From the NCBI GenBank assembly GCA_943355005.1, contig CALRDV010000001.1:15410-79409 (forward strand): a stretch of 64,000 bases of DNA, given 5' to 3'. The number at the start of each line of letters is the position of its first letter. The stretch's first letter is position 1. The notes under the pieces were generated by a model that saw nothing but the letters and a program-made list of their open reading frames with translations, did no database searches and was not told where the DNA came from. Position numbers and translations under genes: made by a program. The DNA is from Patescibacteria group bacterium (GTDB taxonomy: Bacteria; Patescibacteriota; Microgenomatia; UBA1400; MFAQ01). Positions 59,243 to 64,000 of this stretch are shown here, one piece after another.

Positions 59243-59611
59243 ATGGAAACCATAGAAACGATCCAATTTGTTATTGAGCTCATTGGCAGTGTATTTAAGA
59301 TTGTTCAGATGGCAATTCATCTGGTTTTTGTCGGCATCGTTACTCTATTCCGTCCCGGTTCCGATAAAGAGTGGCGCCAGGCATGGATGTGGGTTGTCTT
59401 CCCGGTATTTTTTGTGGGAGGCTTCGGCATCCTCGTCTCATGGTTAATCCACTACATATTTGCTTTGCTGGGATTTACTCTTCTGGGTTGGATTCTGATA
59501 TTGATCTGGCTATTTTACTTTTGGGTTGGTGAGCCATTTATGTATATTACCTACCCGGAGTATGAAATTAACCGCGAGGAGAAATCTCATTGGATCGACA
59601 CCGGCGAATAA
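59243..59611 (+). CDS. Membrane hypothetical protein (cassette 4a)
   Basis: Three hydrophobic segments. Confidence 0.65.
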   Translation: METIETIQFVIELIGSVFKIVQMAIHLVFVGIVTLFRPGSDKEWRQAWMWVVFPVFFVGGFGILVSWLIHYIFALLGFTLLGWILILIWLFYFWVGEPFMYITYPEYEINREEKSHWIDTGE

Positions 59612-59627
59612 ATCTCTGGAGGTAAAA

Positions 59628-60074
59628 ATGTTCAAATCTCTTAGTGAACAGATCGACGATGCACTTGCAAACCTTACGATACTTGAACTTCGTATCGGTC
59701 ACGCACGTCAATCTGGGACAATGCTTACGAAAGAAAAATTGTTTGAGTACTTGATGGCCTGGGCTAATTATCGTAATTTCTTTGCTCTTTCGCATTACCG
59801 CCATGAATCAAAATGGAGTGGCATTATTCTCGATTGCCAAGCAAAGATCATGACCCAACAGTTAAAGGACTTTCTCAAAGAAATCAAAGATAATCTCGAA
59901 GCTCGCATCCCACCTACCGAAAGAATCGTTTTGGGGTACAAACCAATCGATGTTCTTCACCCTCTCCCGGCCGCCATTTCCGTTAGCAACATACTAGTTG
60001 AAAACGAAAAGCTATTTACGACTTTGCCACTCCTACTGTTGGCACTTATCGAAATATCTGACTCCAACACATAG
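59628..60074 (+). CDS. Hypothetical protein (cassette 4b)
   Basis: GGAGGT SD before ATG 59628. Confidence 0.6.
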   Translation: MFKSLSEQIDDALANLTILELRIGHARQSGTMLTKEKLFEYLMAWANYRNFFALSHYRHESKWSGIILDCQAKIMTQQLKDFLKEIKDNLEARIPPTERIVLGYKPIDVLHPLPAAISVSNILVENEKLFTTLPLLLLALIEISDSNT

Positions 60075-60138
60075 CCCACCACCCGGTGGGTTTTTTTGTT
60101 ACAATTTCAGTGAACTTTCAAATTTAGATTGGAGACAC
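60074..60138 (+). promoter_or_regulatory. Cassette junction J4
   Basis: gcccacc-accc-ggtgggt-T run; TGtTACAAT; gaactttcaaat; GGAG. Confidence 0.7.
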
Positions 60139-60483
60139 ATGATTACTCATGTCAAAATTAGAGCACCTTTCGACCACGTTGACGGACAGACTTTTTATGT
60201 CACACCGGAATTAAAAGAAAAAATATTTATTCTTGGTGCAACTCTCGTGCTTGATCACAACAATTTTTGTATGATTACGCCTGAGGGTGAAGTGGTAAGA
60301 ACAAAGTGGACCGTAGTCGAAGTTATTTCCGACAGACCTACCGGCTACAATGATCGCAAAATGGTTCGAGATATCGTAGGTGGCTTAATAGCTGTTAGTT
60401 CCATCGGACGAGCTTCTTGGGGACAAATATCTATAAAATTCTTTGAAGGGTTGGTTTTTTTCAACGAAGAAGAGGTTGTTTAG
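60139..60483 (+). CDS. Hypothetical protein (cassette 5)
   Basis: SD-led ATG 60139. Confidence 0.6.
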   Translation: MITHVKIRAPFDHVDGQTFYVTPELKEKIFILGATLVLDHNNFCMITPEGEVVRTKWTVVEVISDRPTGYNDRKMVRDIVGGLIAVSSIGRASWGQISIKFFEGLVFFNEEEVV

Positions 60484-60492
60484 TGAGATTAC

Positions 60493-60535
60493 AAACCCAC
60501 AATTATCTGTGGGTTTTTTTATATAATATCGCCTG
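60493..60535 (+). promoter_or_regulatory. Cassette junction J5
   Basis: aaacccaca..tgtgggttt-T run; TATAAT 60522. Confidence 0.7.
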
Positions 60536-60859
60536 GTGTTCAAAAACGAAACTATTTTTACCAAAGCGGTACTAACTGCCAAAAATCATATTGCCCGGTC
60601 AGAGGAGGGATTTCTTCTCTTGTCTAAAGATCGGTCATTGTCTGAAATGTCCACTCCCATCACAGGTCTTACATCTGAGGAAACCTTGGAAAGAAGAACT
60701 GACTTTTTAGAATTTATTAATCAAATGAATGAAGATGGTCTCAGAAATCATTTAGCTATGGTTGAACACCAAATAGACGTTGCCCTTAGTCGGCCAATTC
60801 AAGGAACTTCCGAACTGTATTGGCAGAGAATTGTTATACTGGATAGACTAGCCTCTTAA
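60536..60859 (+). CDS. Hypothetical protein (cassette 6)
   Basis: 107 aa, GTG 8 nt after TATAAT; start uncertain. Confidence 0.5.
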   Translation: MFKNETIFTKAVLTAKNHIARSEEGFLLLSKDRSLSEMSTPITGLTSEETLERRTDFLEFINQMNEDGLRNHLAMVEHQIDVALSRPIQGTSELYWQRIVILDRLAS

Positions 60860-60907
60860 AGGAAAACTTCTAAAGTAAGTTTGAACTGATAGAATAGTAC
60901 TCACGAT

Positions 60908-62188
60908 ATGAATAATATATTAGCTCCTCTGCGTGCCTTGTTCAAAATTAAAGACCTCCGTAACCGTATTCTTTTTACAGCCGGAGTTATTTTATTATTC
61001 CGTTTGGTCGCCCACATTCCTACACCTGGCATAAATTTAGACGCTCTCAAGAATCTTTTTAATAGTTCTGCTTTTCTTTCTCTTTTGGACGTATTCTCAG
61101 GCGGAACCTTGACGAATTTTTCCGTCATGGCTCTCGGACTGAACCCTTATATCAACGCCTCCATTATCATGCAAATGCTTGGCATGGTAGTTCCGTCTTT
61201 GGAAGCGCTCCAGAAAGAAGGGGACTATGGTCGCCAAAAAATTAATCAATACACACGTCTACTTACCATTCCCCTAAGTTTCCTTCAGGGCATCGCTCTA
61301 ATTTTTCTACTTCGCAACCAGGGGCTTACGACCACAGCAGACCCTCTTAAGCTGGCCTCAATTGTCTTCACTCTAGCCGCCGGCACCTCATTCCTCATTT
61401 GGCTTGGCGAACAGCTAAATGAATACGGTGTTGGAAATGGAATTAGTCTGATTATCTTTGTCGGTATCGTTAGTCGTCTCCCGGTCGCCGCCGCACAGAC
61501 AATTGCCACCATCGATCCTTCCAAAATATTTGTATACCTCATCTTCTTATTCTTTGCCATTGCTTCGATCTACGCTATCGTTCGCGTTGGTGAAGCTGTC
61601 CGCGAAGTTCCCATTCAGTCCGCCCGCCGTGGAGCTTCCTTTACCTCTACTGTCGGCAATCATTTGCCACTCAAGCTCAATCAAGCCGGCGTCATCCCAA
61701 TCATCTTTGCCGTTTCCTTTATGTTAATTCCAAATTTACTAGGTCGGGTCTTTGCCTCATCCACTCAACCATTTTTATCCGGTTTTTCTCACACAGTAAC
61801 TACTTATTTGGCGCCCGATACCATTCTATATAATGCCCTCTATTTTGGCCTTGTTGTTGCCTTCTGTTATTTTTATACCGCCGTTGTCTTCAATCCGGAA
61901 AAAATCGCCAAAGATCTTCGTTCTTCCGGTTCCTTTATTCCCGGAGTCCGTCCTGGTCCCAATACTGTCGACTACTTAAACTTTGTTTTAAATCGCATTA
62001 CTTTAGTCGGAGCTTCCTTCTTAGGTTTAGTCGCCATCTTCCCTTCAATCGTTTCAGGTATGACAGGGATTGCTGGACTAGCTATTGGTGGTACAGGCAT
62101 TCTCATCGTCGTCTCGGTCGTTCTGGAAATTTTGAAAACAGTGAACTCTCAGCTCTACATGTACAGTTACGACAAATTTTTAGATTAA
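60908..62188 (+). CDS. secY: Preprotein translocase subunit SecY
   Basis: [30 protein letters not shown]; own TGaTAGAAT upstream. Confidence 0.98.
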   Translation: MNNILAPLRALFKIKDLRNRILFTAGVILLFRLVAHIPTPGINLDALKNLFNSSAFLSLLDVFSGGTLTNFSVMALGLNPYINASIIMQMLGMVVPSLEALQKEGDYGRQKINQYTRLLTIPLSFLQGIALIFLLRNQGLTTTADPLKLASIVFTLAAGTSFLIWLGEQLNEYGVGNGISLIIFVGIVSRLPVAAAQTIATIDPSKIFVYLIFLFFAIASIYAIVRVGEAVREVPIQSARRGASFTSTVGNHLPLKLNQAGVIPIIFAVSFMLIPNLLGRVFASSTQPFLSGFSHTVTTYLAPDTILYNALYFGLVVAFCYFYTAVVFNPEKIAKDLRSSGSFIPGVRPGPNTVDYLNFVLNRITLVGASFLGLVAIFPSIVSGMTGIAGLAIGGTGILIVVSVVLEILKTVNSQLYMYSYDKFLD

Positions 62189-62192
62189 CTTT

Positions 62193-62276
62193 CGTCATTC
62201 CGACCGTAGTGGAGGAATCTCACTCCAAATATTAAAATTTTAATTAAGTGTCATTCCCGACCTGATCGGGAATCTA
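62193..62276 (+). repeat. Two REP-like palindromes (D at 62193, A at 62249)
   Basis: cgtcattccgaccgtagtggaggaatctc; tgtcattcccgacctgatcgggaatcta. Confidence 0.9.
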
Positions 62277-62292
62277 TATAAATTAATTCACT

Positions 62293-62862
62293 ATGAACAT
62301 AATCATTCTCGGACCCCAAGGGTCAGGCAAAGGCACACAGGCAAAGTTATTAGCCGAAAAATACGGCTTAACGAATATTTCTTCAGGTAAACTCCTCCGT
62401 GAATTTGCCAAAGGCGACTCTGAGAAAGCCAAGCTGATTGCCGATCTTCTCACTACCGGGGCACTTCTTCCTTTCGACACTGTCATGGAAGTCATTGAAC
62501 CCGCTATGGTTGGATCCAAATCTGGCTTTATTCTGGACGGTAGTCCAAGAGATCTTATGCAAGCCGAATATCTTGATTGGTTTTTGGGCGAGCGCCACAT
62601 TACTATTGATAAAGTCATTCATATCGATATTCCTCGTGAGGAAAGTTTAAATCGGCTGGCCAAAAGAGCCATCACTGAAAATCGTTCCGACGATACCCCG
62701 GATGCTATTCACGAAAGATTGGATATTTACGAGAAAGATACTATGCCTGTCATAGACTACTATCGCAAGCAAGGCAAAATGATCGATGTCGACGGCGTTG
62801 GTGAAGTCCCAGAGATTTTTAACGCCATCATCTCCAAGCTCGAAGTGTCATCCCGAGCGTAG
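62293..62862 (+). CDS. adk: Adenylate kinase (short LID)
   Basis: GPQGSGKGTQ, FILDGSPR, RSDD. Confidence 0.95.
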   Translation: MNIIILGPQGSGKGTQAKLLAEKYGLTNISSGKLLREFAKGDSEKAKLIADLLTTGALLPFDTVMEVIEPAMVGSKSGFILDGSPRDLMQAEYLDWFLGERHITIDKVIHIDIPREESLNRLAKRAITENRSDDTPDAIHERLDIYEKDTMPVIDYYRKQGKMIDVDGVGEVPEIFNAIISKLEVSSRA

Positions 62863-62977
62863 TTCCATAGATACCCCGAAGAGGGTACGAGGGATCTCAC
62901 GCTATTGTCATTCCGGGCTTGACCCGGAATCCAGTCATTAATTATCCGTCATTGCGAATGTACTCATGTGGCAATCT
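62846..62977 (+). repeat. Three REP-like palindromes; the first overlaps the adk stop and carries a 24 bp insert
   Basis: 62846-62898 (D), 62906-62934 (B), 62947-62977 (C). Confidence 0.85.
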
Positions 62978-63004
62978 AGGCAATTTAAGCATAAAATATC
63001 GTCA

Positions 63005-63751
63005 ATGACAAAACTTCAAGCCATGACCGAAGGCGGTGCCCGTTTGGGGTGGATCAAAGGCCAGTTGGAAAAAATGGTTCAGGCCGGAGTTACTCCCTTG
63101 GAAATTGACGCCGAATGTTTCCGATTAATTAAAGAAGGCGGAGACAAGCCTAATTTCTCTATGGAGCCGGGCTATAAACACTCGACTTGTATAAATGTAA
63201 ACGAAGGTATGGTTCACGGCATCCCGGGTAAAACCCCCTTCAAAAAAGGCGACGTCGTCAAGGTCGATCTAGGTCTCATGCACGAAGGTTTTCACTTGGA
63301 CTCTTCTATTACCGTCGCAATCCCACCCGTTAAACCTGAAGTAGCCAGATTCCTCGAAGTCAGCCAACGCTCCCTCGCCGCCGCCATTTTTATGGCGAAC
63401 CCTGGGAACACCGTCTATGACCTTGGTCTAGCTATGCAGACCGTTGTCGAAGCTGAAGGCTACAATGTGGTCCGCGATCTCACCGGCCACGGCATCGGCC
63501 GCAAGCTTCACATGGAGCCATATATTCCTTGTTTTGCGGATAAATCAAGCAAAAAGGATATCTTAGCTGTCGATCAAACCGTAGCTATCGAAGCCATGGT
63601 CTCCATGGGCGATTATCATCTAGTCGAAGACACCGATGGCTGGACGCTCTCTACCCAAGACGGTTCTATCACCGCCATGTACGAGGAAACCGTCTATATC
63701 ACCGCCCAAGGCCCCAAAATCCTCACAGCCACAAATAAAAGAAAGTTATAG
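63005..63751 (+). CDS. map: Methionine aminopeptidase type I
   Basis: VHGIP, DLG..DSS, LTGHGIG..LHMEP, AIE, DGWT. Confidence 0.95.
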   Translation: MTKLQAMTEGGARLGWIKGQLEKMVQAGVTPLEIDAECFRLIKEGGDKPNFSMEPGYKHSTCINVNEGMVHGIPGKTPFKKGDVVKVDLGLMHEGFHLDSSITVAIPPVKPEVARFLEVSQRSLAAAIFMANPGNTVYDLGLAMQTVVEAEGYNVVRDLTGHGIGRKLHMEPYIPCFADKSSKKDILAVDQTVAIEAMVSMGDYHLVEDTDGWTLSTQDGSITAMYEETVYITAQGPKILTATNKRKL

Positions 63752-63849
63752 TACTTGCCCACCGACCACGGCATCGTCCGAAAGTGAAAAGTGCTAGAAT
63801 ATTGCGAATCATTCCTTAAAAATCCAACAATTTTCTCATTGGAGGAGAA

Positions 63850-64000
63850 ATGCTCAAAAATATTAATCTTCGACCCGGAATCTGCGGCAATTGTGGCGCC
63901 AAAACAGAAGGGAGTAATTTAGGCACCCTTTGCGGAAAATGTTCTGATTTTCATCTTTTCAGTCTGGAGAATGTTAAGCTTGTCTACAAACTCCTTCCTA
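63850..64000 (+). CDS. Partial hypothetical protein with CxxC..CxxC (runs off window)
   Basis: TGcTAGAAT and GGAGGAG SD; MLKNINLRPGICGNCGAK...LCGKC. Confidence 0.55.
   Translation, partial: MLKNINLRPGICGNCGAKTEGSNLGTLCGKCSDFHLFSLENVKLVYKLLP

Noticed and set aside
57345-60907. Classical integron or prophage
   Set aside because: No tyrosine recombinase, no clear RYYYAAC/GTTRRRY attC boxes and no recognisable phage genes.
1-64000. tRNA/rRNA genes and alternative genetic code
   Set aside because: No cloverleaf or rRNA-like tract was seen by eye, and TGA terminates conserved genes (dnaJ, alaS, rpoC), so code 25 is excluded.

Overview
This 64 kb window comes from a reduced-genome bacterium, most consistent with Patescibacteria/CPR (Microgenomates-like). 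The evidence is the missing rpmD/L30 between rpsE and rplO, short IF-2, AlaRS and L3, and standard code with TGA stops. The core content is dnaK-dnaJ, nusA-infB-rpsO-pnp, rnj-ftsK, alaS-ruvX-mltG, rpoBC, the str/S10/spc ribosomal clusters, secY-adk-map. Three unexplained layers are superimposed on it. (1) About 30 (C/T)GTCAT-tagged REP-like palindromes in four subfamilies. Several are inserted in frame in proteins (IF-2, a DHH-like protein, a YtxH-like protein), and the densest, best-conserved inverted/tandem array brackets a stand-alone GIY-YIG nuclease gene in a REPtron-like layout. (2) Two arrays of self-contained accessory gene cassettes (terminator hairpin / TATAAT / boxA-like motif / strong SD / ORF) split the rpsG-fusA and rplO-secY junctions. 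(3) A two-copy, ~110 nt two-hairpin element has diverged but compensated stems, and one copy is nested inside a REP. No tRNA, rRNA, CRISPR array, integrase or transposase was seen. All product calls come from recognising motifs by eye, and no database searches were run.
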